A stretch of DNA of 64,000 bases, from assembly GCA_037447605.1 (NCBI GenBank), contig CM074819.1, positions 1,262,297 to 1,326,296 of the forward strand, in the 5' to 3' direction. The notes beneath the pieces were generated by a model. It was not told the origin of the DNA, ran no database searches, and worked only from the letters and a program-made list of their open reading frames with translations. Made by a program: the position numbers and the translations under genes. Shown here one piece after another: positions 47,741-59,475 of the stretch. The DNA comes from Zygnema circumcarinatum SAG 698-1b. Lineage: Eukaryota; Plantae; Zygnematophyceae. How positions within the stretch are numbered: position 1 is the stretch's first letter; every line of letters starts with the position of its first letter.

Positions 47741-50700
47741 TTAACAAGGTTTTTCTCTTAAGAAGACGCAAATCTCCTGACCAAAAACTCCCTTGCAATG
47801 GACCAGGAAGAAGCCCACTTCCTGGAACACATCTTTCACTCTGCCCACTATACTTTCCTCTGCTTCTGTCTCAACCCCTTCCACTCTCACAACTATCTGA
47901 CAGACAGACACCCCTCCCTCTCCCTCTCCCTCTCCCGCCTCTCCGATCCCCCTTCCTCTCCCGCTGGAGAGCATCGCTCTCACAGCAGGCAGACTGTCTT
48001 CAGTCACTCGCAGCATCAACAGATCAACGGTTCTATGCCCCAACGTTGCCGTTGCAGAAATTAGGGTTTCCAATTCCTCCCCTACGTGAGTCTTCTGCGG
48101 GAAAGCAAACTCCCCCTCCCCACCACTCTCGAAAGCTGCTGGGCGCTCCTCTATCAATTTCGGTATTCTAAAATCTTCCTGAAACAGATACATGAAACAG
48201 TTGGTCTGCGAATAAACTTGCGCTTCTACCGACCAATTTTCGCTGAAATTAAACGAATACACAATACTAGTCGCACCCAATCGGCTTATATAGACCGGAA
48301 CTTGGTTCTTAGCCCCATATCGCAAAACTTCAAATGGACCCCACTCCTTAAGTCCGCACACTAAGCTTCCCGGCGGACCATCATATCCTCCAGAAAACTT
48401 CTTCAACATATCGAACTTCGCAACACATGAATCCAAACTCTTTTGCAGCGCAATTTCCTTCCTTTCCGCAGCGAGTTTCTTTCCCACCACTCGATCAAAA
48501 ACTACTTCCCAGCCTTCCTCCCATGGGCCTGAAGCATTGCAGAGCTTCAAATTAGGGTTATCTCCGGGCCAGCTCCAAATTCGACTACAATTCTGTATCA
48601 GTTTGTACGATTCCTTTGCACCTGCTTTTGGAGTACAGGGCCTGCATTTAGCCCCATTCATGGGACCTTTACTGGACAAAGAAACCACTGGGACAGATCG
48701 TTCGTCGACTAGCCAGCCGTACGATCGCCGGGAAATTATGCAGAAATTGAACTCCTGAAGGGATACTGTAATGTTTCGAACTTGTAATTCGGCTTTGAAA
48801 GCACTCTCTGAATTGAGTCTTGACATGCCTGCGTTGAGCAGCTCTTCAAGCATGCTTAGTCGGCTAAGAGCAACGCGACTAACTTTGAGGTTTCCAAAAC
48901 CAAAGCGGTCATTCAAACCTGCATACATAGAGCCTATGGGTACAACATAGGTTTCCTCCTTCAGAAGGAGGGGAGGGGGAGGGCCGCTCCAAAAAGAGTC
49001 AACGCGAGTGCGAATCACCCATTCATACTTCACCGAATGCTTCAAACTGTAGCTATCAATCAAGTCCAGGCACCCTTCTACAAGGTTGAAATACTGCAAT
49101 AAACCCTGCAAAAACAATCCAGTAATTCAAGTCTAAGTTAACATTCTTCAAAACACTGAATCCGACTCCGATACATAGCTTCATAATGTACAAATATGGG
49201 CCCTTACACCAGTCTGACTGAACCTTATCAGCGAAAAACCCCAAACCTACAATGAAGTTACAACGAGGGGGTTTACTCCATCCCCCACCTGAACCCCTTT
49301 CGGAGAAGCTGCACCGGTTAAAACGTTCACTCCGTTCCCTTCCTTAATGGGTGTCTGCGGAAAGAGTCGAACCCCCACCAAGTTCTGAACCCTTCTGAAG
49401 AGAAGCAGCTTGAAACTTTGCTCGTCGAGTCCCATTACAACGAACACGTGTGCATTCTTGAAGGCGGCCAAAAGATGCTTTTGAATGGACGGCCCCGTCA
49501 GCTCAAACTCGCGGGCGCCGCCAACAAGGCAGATCGCTCCCTGGGAGACATCCTGCATCATGATTGCAAGGGGGGGTTTAGAGGCAGAGGGGAGGGTTTG
49601 GGCATCCCACGGCTTGCTACTGTGAGGGAGGGAGGGGAGGGNNNNNNNNNNGCGGGAAAGCAAACTCCCCCTCCCCACCACTCTCGAAAGCTGCTGGGCG
49701 CTCCTCTATCAATTTCGGTATTCTAAAATCTTCCTGAAACAGATACATGAAACAGTTGGTCTGCGAATAAACTTGCGCTTCTACCGACCAATTTTCGCTG
49801 AAATTAAACGAATACACAATACTAGTCGCACCCAATCGGCTTATATAGACCGGAACTTGGTTCTTAGCCCCATATCGCAAAACTTCAAATGGACCCCACT
49901 CCTTAAGTCCGCACACTAAGCTTCCCGGCGGACCATCATATCCTCCAGAAAACTTCTTCAACATATCGAACTTCGCAACACATGAATCCAAACTCTTTTG
50001 CAGCGCAATTTCCTTCCTTTCCGCAGCGAGTTTCTTTCCCACCACTCGATCAAAAACTACTTCCCAGCCTTCCTCCCATGGGCCTGAAGCATTGCAGAGC
50101 TTCAAATTAGGGTTATCTCCGGGCCAGCTCCAAATTCGACTACAATTCTGTATCAGTTTGTACGATTCCTTTGCACCTGCTTTTGGAGTACAGGGCCTGC
50201 ATTTAGCCCCATTCATGGGACCTTTACTGGACAAAGAAACCACTGGGACAGATCGTTCGTCGACTAGCCAGCCGTACGATCGCCGGGAAATTATGCAGAA
50301 ATTGAACTCCTGAAGGGATACTGTAATGTTTCGAACTTGTAATTCGGCTTTGAAAGCACTCTCTGAATTGAGTCTTGACATGCCTGCGTTGAGCAGCTCT
50401 TCAAGCATGCTTAGTCGGCTAAGAGCAACGCGACTAACTTTGAGGTTTCCAAAACCAAAGCGGTCATTCAAACCTGCATACATAGAGCCTATGGGTACAA
50501 CATAGGTTTCCTCCTTCAGAAGGAGGGGAGGGGGAGGGCCGCTCCAAAAAGAGTCAACGCGAGTGCGAATCACCCATTCATACTTCACCGAATGCTTCAA
50601 ACTGTAGCTATCAATCAAGTCCAGGCACCCTTCTACAAGGTTGAAATACTGCAATAAACCCTGCAAAAACAATCCAGTAATTCAAGTCTAAGTTAACATT

Positions 50701-51190
50701 CTTCAAAACACTGAATCCGACTCCGATACATAGCTTCATAATGTACAAATATGGGCCCTTACACCAGTCTGACTGAACCTTATCAGCGAAAAACCCCAAA
50801 CCTACAATGAAGTTACAACGAGGGGGTTTACTCCATCCCCCACCTGAACCCCTTTCGGAGAAGCTGCACCGGTTAAAACGTTCACTCCGTTCCCTTCCTT
50901 AATGGGTGTCTGCGGAAAGAGTCGAACCCCCACCAAGTTCTGAACCCTTCTGAAGAGAAGCAGCTTGAAACTTTGCTCGTCGAGTCCCATTACAACGAAC
51001 ACGTGTGCATTCTTGAAGGCGGCCAAAAGATGCTTTTGAATGGACGGCCCCGTCAGCTCAAACTCGCGGGCGCCGCCAACAAGGCAGATCGCTCCCTGGG
51101 AGACATCCTGCATCATGATTGCAAGGGGGGGTTTAGAGGCAGAGGGGAGGGTTTGGGCATCCCACGGCTTGCTACTGTGAGGGAGGGAGG
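47741..51190 (-). CDS. Plant DUF7796-like protein with a C-terminal degenerate FkbM/Methyltransf_22-like domain; 5' end unresolved; part of the span is duplicated by an assembly artefact
   Basis: [18 protein letters not shown]...SPKGVQ | [12 protein letters not shown]...WVIRTRVD...GLNDRFG...NSESAFKA...GAKCRPC...[22 protein letters not shown], joined by an in-phase GT-AG intron (50843-50661; duplicate 49288-49106). Family name recalled, not searched. Confidence 0.7.
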
Positions 51191-51195
51191 GAGGG
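48097..51195. repeat. Exact 1555-bp-period direct duplication (48097-49641 = 49652-~51195) split by a 10-N gap; probable contig-overlap artefact
   Basis: No differences seen between the copies; the junction coincides with N run 49642-49651. Confidence 0.85.
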
Positions 51196-52175
51196 GGGGA
51201 GGAGGGGGAGGGGGAGGAGGAGAGGGGGGAGGGGAGGGGGGGAGGAGGGAGGAGAGGAGGAGAGGGGGAGGGGGGGAGGGGGGAGGGAGGAGAGGGGGGG
51301 AGGGGGGAGGGAGGAGGAGAGGGGAGGAGGAGAGGGGGAGGGGGGGGGGAGGGGGGAGGGAGGAGAGGGGGGGAGGAGGAGAGGGGGAGGGGGGAGGGGG
51401 GAGGGGGGAGGGGAGGAGGAGGGGAGGGGAGGAGGAGGAGGAGGGGGGGAGGGGGAGGGGGGAGGGAGGAGAGGGGGAGGGAGGAGGAGGGGGGGGAGGA
51501 GGAGAGGGGGGAGGGGGAGGAGGAGAGGGGGAGGGAGGAGAGGGGGGGAGGGGGGGAGGGGGGAGGGGAGGAGGGGAGGAGAGGGGGGGAGGGGAGGGAG
51601 GAGAGGGGGAGGGGAGGGGGGGGAGGGGAGGGGAGGGAGGCGAGGGAGGGAGGGAGGTGAGAGGGAGGAGAGGGGGAGGGGGAGGGGAGGAGAGGGGGAG
51701 GGGAGGAGGAGGGAGGAGAGGGGGAGGGAGGAGAGGGGGGGAGGGGGGGAGGGGGAGGAGGAGGGGGAGGGGGAGGAGGAGAGGGGGGGAGGAGGAGAGG
51801 GGGAGGGGGGAGGGGGGGAGGGGGAGGGGGAGGAGGGGAGGGGGAGGAGGAGGGGGAGGGGGGAGGGAGGGGAGGGAGGCGAGGGAGGGGAGGGAGGAGA
51901 GGGAGGAGAGGGGGGGAGGGGGAGGAGGGAGGAGAGGGGGAGGGAGGAGAGGGAGAGAGGGGGAGGGAGGAGAGGGGGAGGGGGAGGGGGAGGGGAGGAG
52001 GGGAGGAGGAGAGGGGGAGGGGGGAGGGAGGAGAGGGGGGGAGGGGGGGAGGGGGGAGGGGAGGGAGGGAGGCGAGGGAGGGAGGGAGGAGAGGGAGGAG
52101 AGGGGGGGGAGGGGGGGAGGGGAGGAGAGGGGGGGGAGGGAGGAGAGGGAGGAGAGGGGGGAGGGGGAGGAGAGG
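51180..52175. repeat. ~1-kb polypurine (G/A) low-complexity tract
   Basis: Almost only G and A on the + strand. Confidence 0.95.
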
Positions 52176-53704
52176 AACGAGCTTTTGGTTTTGGGCTCAC
52201 TGCGAGCAGGGGCAAGGGAGGGAGGAGAGCATCGGAGGTAGCGCGGAAGGGAGGGGAAGGAGGAGGAAGAGGAGAAGGAGGAGGAGGAGGCACTCCCTTC
52301 CCTCCGGCAGCCTGGCCGGCCACAAGCACTGACTGTCTGTTGGGGAGGGAGGGGGGGGGGAAGGGAGCTGGAGAAAGTGGGAGGGAGGAGGGGTGAGGAG
52401 GAGGACGAGGTGGAGGAGTGCAAGAGAGAGATAAGTGGGAAGAAGAGAGTTGGAGAGACAGAGAGGGAACGAAAGAAAGAGAGCAAGCGATAGAGAGAAC
52501 ACCCATTCAACACATTAGGGTTACAAACCGATGCAATACGAGCACCTTAACTTTTGCTCTCCTGCCTTCATCTTGCCCACAGAGATGAGGGGAGGGAGGG
52601 AGGGAGGGAGGGAGAGCACACCTCTCCGCCATTCTCCTCGAACGGTCCGGCAGTGAGCTCCGCCCCTTCACATGCTCAACAAAAGCAGCAGACTCCTTCT
52701 TAGCATACAGGAAAACTATCCATTTTAAACATGCGAACATGACTTGGGGCAATTATTTAAAAAAAAAAACAGTTCACTTCAATTCGATGAGAATGAACGT
52801 GCATTTTGGAGGTTTGGAAATCACATTGTTTTTATTTTTTTAAAGGCTGAACATCTGAAATCTTTTCGTAGTTGCTTCAAACGTTTCAATAGTTCAGTCA
52901 ACTCGTAAGCATTCCAGCACCAAATTTCGAACCAATGGAGCCGCCATACTTCGATTCTTATCGTTGACAAGTTCAATCGTTAAAAAAAAAAAATAGAGAT
53001 TCAATTAAGAAAGAAATGCATAAATGTTTGTTCAATACCAAACTAGCTCAATTCGATTCGGTAACGATATTCTGGCTGGGTATTTACTAAAACATTCAAA
53101 AATTCGCAATAATTATTTATTTACCTGTTAAAAAGGTTAGCTTTACGGTAAAGAAAAACAGATTCACAGCCGACGCCACCCTCCCTTTCCCTCACTCCCT
53201 CGCTCTCTCGCTACCCGCCCCTCTCCGCCAGTTCCTCTCTCCCTCTCTCCCCTCTCTCACTCTCTCCCCCTTCTATCCTCCCCTCTCCTCCTCTCTCCCC
53301 CCTCATCGGCCCCACTCCCTCTCGCCCTCACTTTCCTCTCCCCTCCCTCTCCCCCCGCTCAGACTCGTCCGTCACCATCGACCCTCCTCTTTTTTTTTTT
53401 TTTTCTCTTTTTCATTTGTTTCGATCTGCTGAAAGGTAAGTAGTGTGCGTCATTCGCATTTGGAAACCGCATTGGGAGGTTCAGACAAACCGCTTAGAGT
53501 GGTTCCACGGAGAGAGAGCGAGAGAGAGAAGGAGAGAGAGACCATCGTCTCCTTCCCCTCCCCTCCCCTTCCGTCTCCCTCCATTTTCCTCTCCTTCCTC
53601 CGGATCCCTCCCTCCTCTCTCCTCAGGATTCCCATATCTCTTCCCTTCTCTATCTCGCTTTCCCTCTCCTCCCTCCCTCCCACCCCCCCCTCTCCCCCTC
53701 CTAC

Positions 53705-53807
53705 CTTCATTCCACGGCACCTCCTTCAAGTAGGTTGACGTCAGCGCTGCCACACACACGAACGTCAGCACCACCACCGCCTTCACCGGCCACTTGTTGA
53801 AGTTCAT
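53705..53807 (-). CDS. Candidate first exon encoding a type-II signal anchor (MNFNKWPVKAVVVLTFVCVAALTSTYLKEVPWNEG)
   Basis: ATG after a GA-rich leader, a hydrophobic helix preceded by Lys, and an AAG|GTAGGA donor; downstream exon linkage not established. Confidence 0.4.
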
Positions 53808-55149
53808 TTACTCTCCCCCACTTTCCCTCACTCCCTCTCCTTCTCCCCTTCGCCCCCTCTCTCACCCTCCACCTCTCCCCCTCTCCTTCTCTCTCCCCTC
53901 CCTCTCTCCCTTTCTGCCTGTCCCCTCTCCCTCTCTCTCTCTCCCTCCCGCCCTCTCTCCCTCCACCTCTCTCCCTCACCCTCCCTCTCCCTCCACCTCT
54001 CTCCCTATCTTTTTCTCTCCCCTCCCACTCTCCCACTCTCCCTTTCTGCCTGTCCCCTCTCCCGATCTCTCTCTCTCCTTCTCCTCCCCCTCTCCCCCCC
54101 TCTCACCCTCCACCTCTATCTTTCTCCCCCACTCTCTCCCTCCCTCTTCCCCTCTCTCACCCTCCACCTCTCTCCCTCTCCTTCTCTCTCCCCTCCCACT
54201 CTCCCTCTCTCCCTTTCTGCCTGTCCCCTCTCCCACTCTCTCTCTCTCCTTCGTCCCCTTCTCCCCCACTTCTCTCCCTCCCCCTCTCTCCCTCCCTCTC
54301 CCCCTCCCCTCAGCGCCAGTTCCAGTCCGCGTCGCTTTCAGGCCACGCCTCTGATTCGCTCCGCCCTCGACGCAACGCGCTATACGGACTCCGTATGTTG
54401 CCGCCCAGCCCGTATTCCGTACACCGTAGTCCCTACACCGGACCGTACGAAACAATCCGCTGCGCGCGTACCCGGCGGGAAGAAGACAAGCCGAAGATCC
54501 TCCATTTGTCGTTTCTGGCAAACCCGATAATATCGCTGCACCGACACATATCGTCACCGGCCGGCAGGGCTCGCCGGACCAAACACCACGGAGCGCACCG
54601 CGGCCGTCGAAGTAGACGATCAGACGGACGGGAGCGCTCTCCGGAGGCAGCGTACGGATGCGTCACATTTGCCAATTCGTGCGCGTGCATAGTAGTGCGG
54701 TGTGGCCGCCGGAGAGCGTAGGCGCACGCTTGAGAGGCCGTCCACGTGGTGGGGGCTTTTACTGGCTACATGCGTCACTATGCGCACACATGTGCTCTTG
54801 TACGGTTTGGCGGAGATTGTGCTCCACAACATCTACAACATGAGAGGGCACATGGACACATGGACATGCATGGTTCTCAAACCATGTTGTTCTTGTGTCC
54901 ATGGACATAGGATGGCATCGCCATTGTGAGATCAACACATGTATGTGCGCACACACGTAGGCATACGCATGAGCATGCAACCTGATCCATGCACACAACA
55001 AACTGGAAGAAATGTGAAGGCATCGTGATCATGACGGCATGGGTGCGTGAAGCCAACATCCATGTGCAACAACAACATGGGCATGAAGAACACATGGCAT
55101 GCTCAAGGTCGTGAAAACAAATGCTGAATAGAAAGGACAGCAGGAGGGA

Positions 55150-55275
55150 TTAGTTTTTAGGGTGTACGGTGTAGGCTCTAGGGTTTAGAATGCACGGTGT
55201 TGGGTTTCAGGTCTAGGGTGTTAAGGTTTAATCAGGGGTTTAGGTTTGAGGGTTTATGGTTTGGGATTTAGGAGA
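55150..55275 (+). repeat. Degenerate telomere-like TTTAGGG/TTAGG tract
   Basis: Periodic TTTAGGGT, CTAGGGTTTAG, GGGGTTTAGGTTTGAGGGTTTATGG units. Confidence 0.5.
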
Positions 55276-55569
55276 AAGCGGCATGCATGCATGCATGCAT
55301 GCAGTGGCTCCCATGGCTTGAGCACATGATGATGGCCATGGGTCACTCATGTCATCATCATATTGAGGAGCAAAGCGTTTACAGGGTTTGGGGGTTTTGT
55401 GCATCAAAATGCTTAAGGTTGAAAGTAAACTTTGGAAGAGGACTTTTCCGAATGGAAGGTCCTCACAATGTGCGGTCCTAGGACCTGCAAGGCGAGGAAC
55501 AAAACGACAAAAATGGCTCCTCGCCTTCGAGGCTCATGAAAGGCCAATCCAGAGCCGTACAAACCCATA

Positions 55570-55930
55570 CAGTAGGACCCCGTCATATTTTCCACCCTGT
55601 ACAGAGCGTCCCCAAGAAATTCGCCCCGATTTTGCCGAAACCACCTTTTTGTACGGTAACCTTGTGGTAGCCGTACTAGCCGTACTATGCGTACTATCCG
55701 TACTAACCGTACTAGCCGTACTAGCTGTACTAGCCGTTAAGCGCTCACGTAAAAGTCACCTAATCTCCCCGCACGGGCCGCCGTAAGAGGCGCTCGCTCT
55801 TCTCCCCTTCTTCTTGGCTTCGATACGATACGATACGATACAAAACATTCCAATACGATACGAAACACCCCGATACGGTACTGTCCGTACTGTCCGTACT
55901 AGCTGTACTAGCCGTCACGGGCTTACGCAA
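55570..55930 (+). mobile_element. Family-A MITE copy 3 (no right TIR)
   Basis: TA-CAGTAGGACCCCGTCATATTTTCCACC start; body colinear with copies 1 and 2. Confidence 0.72.
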
Positions 55931-56095
55931 AGGGTAAGCTCCTTAATGGCCAGAGTGATGAGCATGCGTCGTCAGCATTTTTAGGGTTAGGGATTGAGTT
56001 TTTCCTTCTCTTCTCTTCTCGTCTCTTCTTTGTCGCCCTCCGCCGCTTGTTTTCCTCCCGTTGTACCTCTCACCTCTTTCTGTACAACTGCACAT
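55931..56095 (+). pseudogene. RPL13A: Duplicated fragment of RPL13A exon-1 end plus intron-1 start
   Basis: Diverged copy of 56521-56690 (CTTAATGGCCAGAG...GAGCATGCGTC...TTTTAGGGTTAGGGATTGA...CTGTACAACTGCA). Confidence 0.8.
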
Positions 56096-56432
56096 TACAG
56101 CATGCGAGTACAGCATGCTGGAAAGTCCACAGCAGCGGCTCTCAACACGAGTGGAGCGGGGGCGGACATGAATGCCATCCATCCACGCGCTGGCGTGCTT
56201 CGATGGCGGGGATGCGGCGTCTGCGTGGCCGCATCTCGGTCTCACCCCGCAGAGCAACAAAGAACTCACTTCTGATCCTCGCCAGCCGCTCGTCCGGAGT
56301 GAGCAAATGCTTCTGCAGGCCATGAAATGCCAGAAAGAGGGCCGCAGCCCTCTTTCTCGCCGCCGCGATTAGGGTTCGCCTTCGCCCTCCCTCCCTCCCT
56401 CCCTCCCCGCCTGCTCCAGGAGGGCGGCCGCC

Positions 56433-59006
56433 ATGGTGAACGGGGTCGGGAGTCCAGGCCAAGGTGGTGGTCGTGAACGCGCGCCACCACATGCTGGGCC
56501 GGCTGTCGTCCATCATCGCCAAGGAGCTTCTTAATGGCCAGAGAGTGGTGAGCATGCGTCCTCAGCGTTTTTAGGGTTAGGGATTGATACTTTTTTTTCC
56601 TCCTCTCTTCACTTCTCTTGTCTGTCGCCCTCCGCCGCTTTTTTTCCTCCCGTCGCACCTCTCACCTTTTTCTGTACAACTGCATATTTGTCGATTACTC
56701 GTGTCCATCGCCTGTCCTACCTCCTTTCCCTCCTTCGCCTACCTTTGCCTCTCCTTTTCGTTGTTTTACCCCTATTTCACCTCTGGCTACCCGCTCCTCT
56801 CCCTGTCTCTCGCATTGCCCGCCCCCATCTCGCCCTTCTCCCCGTCCTCTCCTTTACCTTTCTCCTCCCCTTTACTCGCCCTTCTCCTTCTCCCGTCGTT
56901 CTCTACTGTCTCCGTTCCTCCCTCTCCCTCTCCGTCCTCTCTCCTGTCCCCCCTTCCTGGTAGAGCGCAATTTTCTCTCACGCATTCCTCACCCCCTTGG
57001 AAGGCATATGCGTGCTCCGTGCGGACGAATTTCTTCCAGGTGGTGGTTCGATGTGAGGAAATCTGTCTGTCAGGAGGATTGGTTCGCCAAAATATGAAGT
57101 AGCTCCGATTCTTGCGAAAGCGCATGAACACAATGCCTAGCAAGGGGCCCATTCACTTTCGGGCAGCCTCCAGAATATTGTGGAGGACTATCCGTGGGTG
57201 AGTTATTAATTTGTGAGGTGGAAGCTTGGCTTTTGAACAGTTGAGCAGAGTTCATTTCCTGCTGTAATTGGATAGGGACAGTATGCCTTTGGATGTTTTG
57301 TTTTCATGCACTCAGTTTCGCCTGCTTGTGGGGATAAAAGCTTGGCGCCAATCAAAGATGTTGTATTTATAAGTTGTGGAACGAAAGTACTCTCAGCGCG
57401 GGGTTAATCTTCTCTCAGGTTACATGTAGCTTCCACATACCGCATTTTTGGATACGTGATTTTAGAAGCTAAACTGCTCATTTTGTAATACATATTGAAA
57501 ATGTCTAGGCAAAAACACTTTTTCAGATGAAAGAATCCTGGTAGAAAAGGAGTCTGATATGCAATTCATTTCGCGGGCTATCAGATGGTTATCAGGGACG
57601 TGGTCGGTGTCGTGTTTCTCCATGCTCTCCCTCTCCCAATTCACCTTGTGGTCATTCCCTCACCCTCACATGCTCCCTTCCCCTCCTCCCTCTCGCACCT
57701 CGTCCACTTCCCCCCCGCTTCTCTCTTCCCCCTCTTATCTTCTCTTCGCCACTTGCCACCTTATTCCCATGTTTGCCCCTCTTTCCCTCCTACCTTCTCC
57801 CTAAAACCACCCTCCCTTCCTCCCTAAAACCTTCCTCCCTCCCTCCCTCCCTTCCTCCCTCCCGTCCTCCCTCCCTTTCTCACTCCCTCCCCTCCCTCCC
57901 TGTAGAAAGTAGTGGAGAAGCTGAGTTGCTGAGGGGGTGGAAGTGCAGACTGATTCCCCACAAGACCAAGAGAGGCGCAGCTGCATTGGAGCGTTTGAAG
58001 GCCTTTGAGGGAATTCCCGCCGCGTACAAAACGACAAAACAAAGCGTGTTGTCGTCCCTCATGCTCTCAAGTAAGGGAAGAATGCACTGCCGATCCTAAT
58101 TCTCACCTGTATTGTGTTTAACTTATCTTTTTTGGTTCATGAGTGGATACGTTGAACAACTAACTCCAGTGCTCACAAGTAGGGAGGGGCACGGCATGGA
58201 ATTGCTATGAGTTGATCTGTGTGTTCGGGTTGTTTTGGGATTAGGGTTTTGCGCCTTCAGCCCGGCCACAAATACTGTTTGTTGGGTCGCCTTTCGCACG
58301 AAGTGGGTTGGCATCACCTGGATACCATTAATGTATGTAACTTTTCCTGATTCAATTTTCCTGATTAGCTAATCGGAAAATAGTCAAGCTCATGATGGAA
58401 AGGACAAGGTTCTAAATTATTACATGATATGGACTATGTGAGCACAAAACCGGACAATATCCAAGTAGGTTTAGAAGGCTTTCGGTTACCCACATCCATG
58501 GACAGAGAGTTCATGAAGACAGTAATGAAGTAATGCCGCTTTCATACCTCTACATGAATAACCTCATACGGCGATTGCATCATCCATTGACTGATGCAGT
58601 GATAAGGTCAGCGATTAACCAAAGAGATGCGATGATAATTCACTTCAGCTAGAGGCTCTCGGGCTTTTGATTTGTCAAAGCTCTTTTGCAGGTTGTCTTG
58701 TATGAGCTACTCACAATGGGCTGTTGTCTCGTCCCCTCCGTCGTTCGTTTCCTCCCCGCTCTTCTCCCGTCTCTCTTCTTGAGATCACTGATGATCACTG
58801 ATGGGGTCGGTCTGTGGATATGTTACGATGGGTGCAGGAGCTGGAGAAGAAGCGGAAGGAACTGTCGGCAGAGTTCTACAAGAAGAAGAAGGCGGGTTTG
58901 CAGAGGCGGGTGAAGGCAACAGTGGGTGCCCCCGAGAGAGAGAGAGAAGGTGGCGGAGGAGCACAAGGCCGTGCTGCAGCCGTTGTCCTCCAAGGCGTCG
59001 GAGTAG
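56433..59006 (+). pseudogene. RPL13A: 60S ribosomal protein L13a (uL13), intron-containing pseudogene (exons 56433-56547, 57040-57197, 57949-58070, 58245-58332, 58838-59006)
   Basis: [69 protein letters not shown]. Disrupted by +1 G after codon 4, TAG at 57100-57102, a 5-nt insertion at 58028-58032 and a frameshift in a GA run of the last exon. Confidence 0.88.
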
Positions 59007-59475
59007 AGGCACCTATCTATTCTACCTAGGCACCTACCTATTCTATCTTGCCACTGTACTGTGCGGAAGGAAGGAAGGAAGGAAGGAAGCCTGTTTTGGA
59101 GCAGAATTGAAGGGAGTCATCGTTGAAAGAGAAGCTGTGTCCTTCTTTTCCAATCGAACGGAGATTGTCTATTGCGTGCAACTGTGAGGCTTGTCTGTTG
59201 GGAAGTGTGTGCAGACCATGCATTTGCGGTACCCTAAAGGTTATGCGTCCACTCAGCTTTGGGTGAGTGTGCATGGGACCATGGTGATTCACTTCCTGAG
59301 GGGGGCATCATAGGTGATTGATTGATTGGTCCAACACTGTGGCCACACGAAGGTACATGTCGCTCCTCTCTTGTTCGATCTGGTGAGGGTATGGAACTGT
59401 GGAGTTGGCGTTGTGAATTGCGTAAGCAAAAATATCCAGCATGGAAACGACAGGCAGTTTAACGTTAACTGGTGG

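Noticed and set aside
48097-51195. Tandem duplication of the DUF7796-like gene as a biological event
   Set aside because: The copies are identical, begin mid-exon and meet exactly at a 10-N gap next to a low-complexity tract, which is typical of an unmerged contig overlap.
50973-52513. 400+ aa Gly/Glu/Arg or Pro/Ser ORFs over the polypurine tract as stand-alone genes
   Set aside because: A G/A-only sequence cannot contain stops; the frame is unverifiable.
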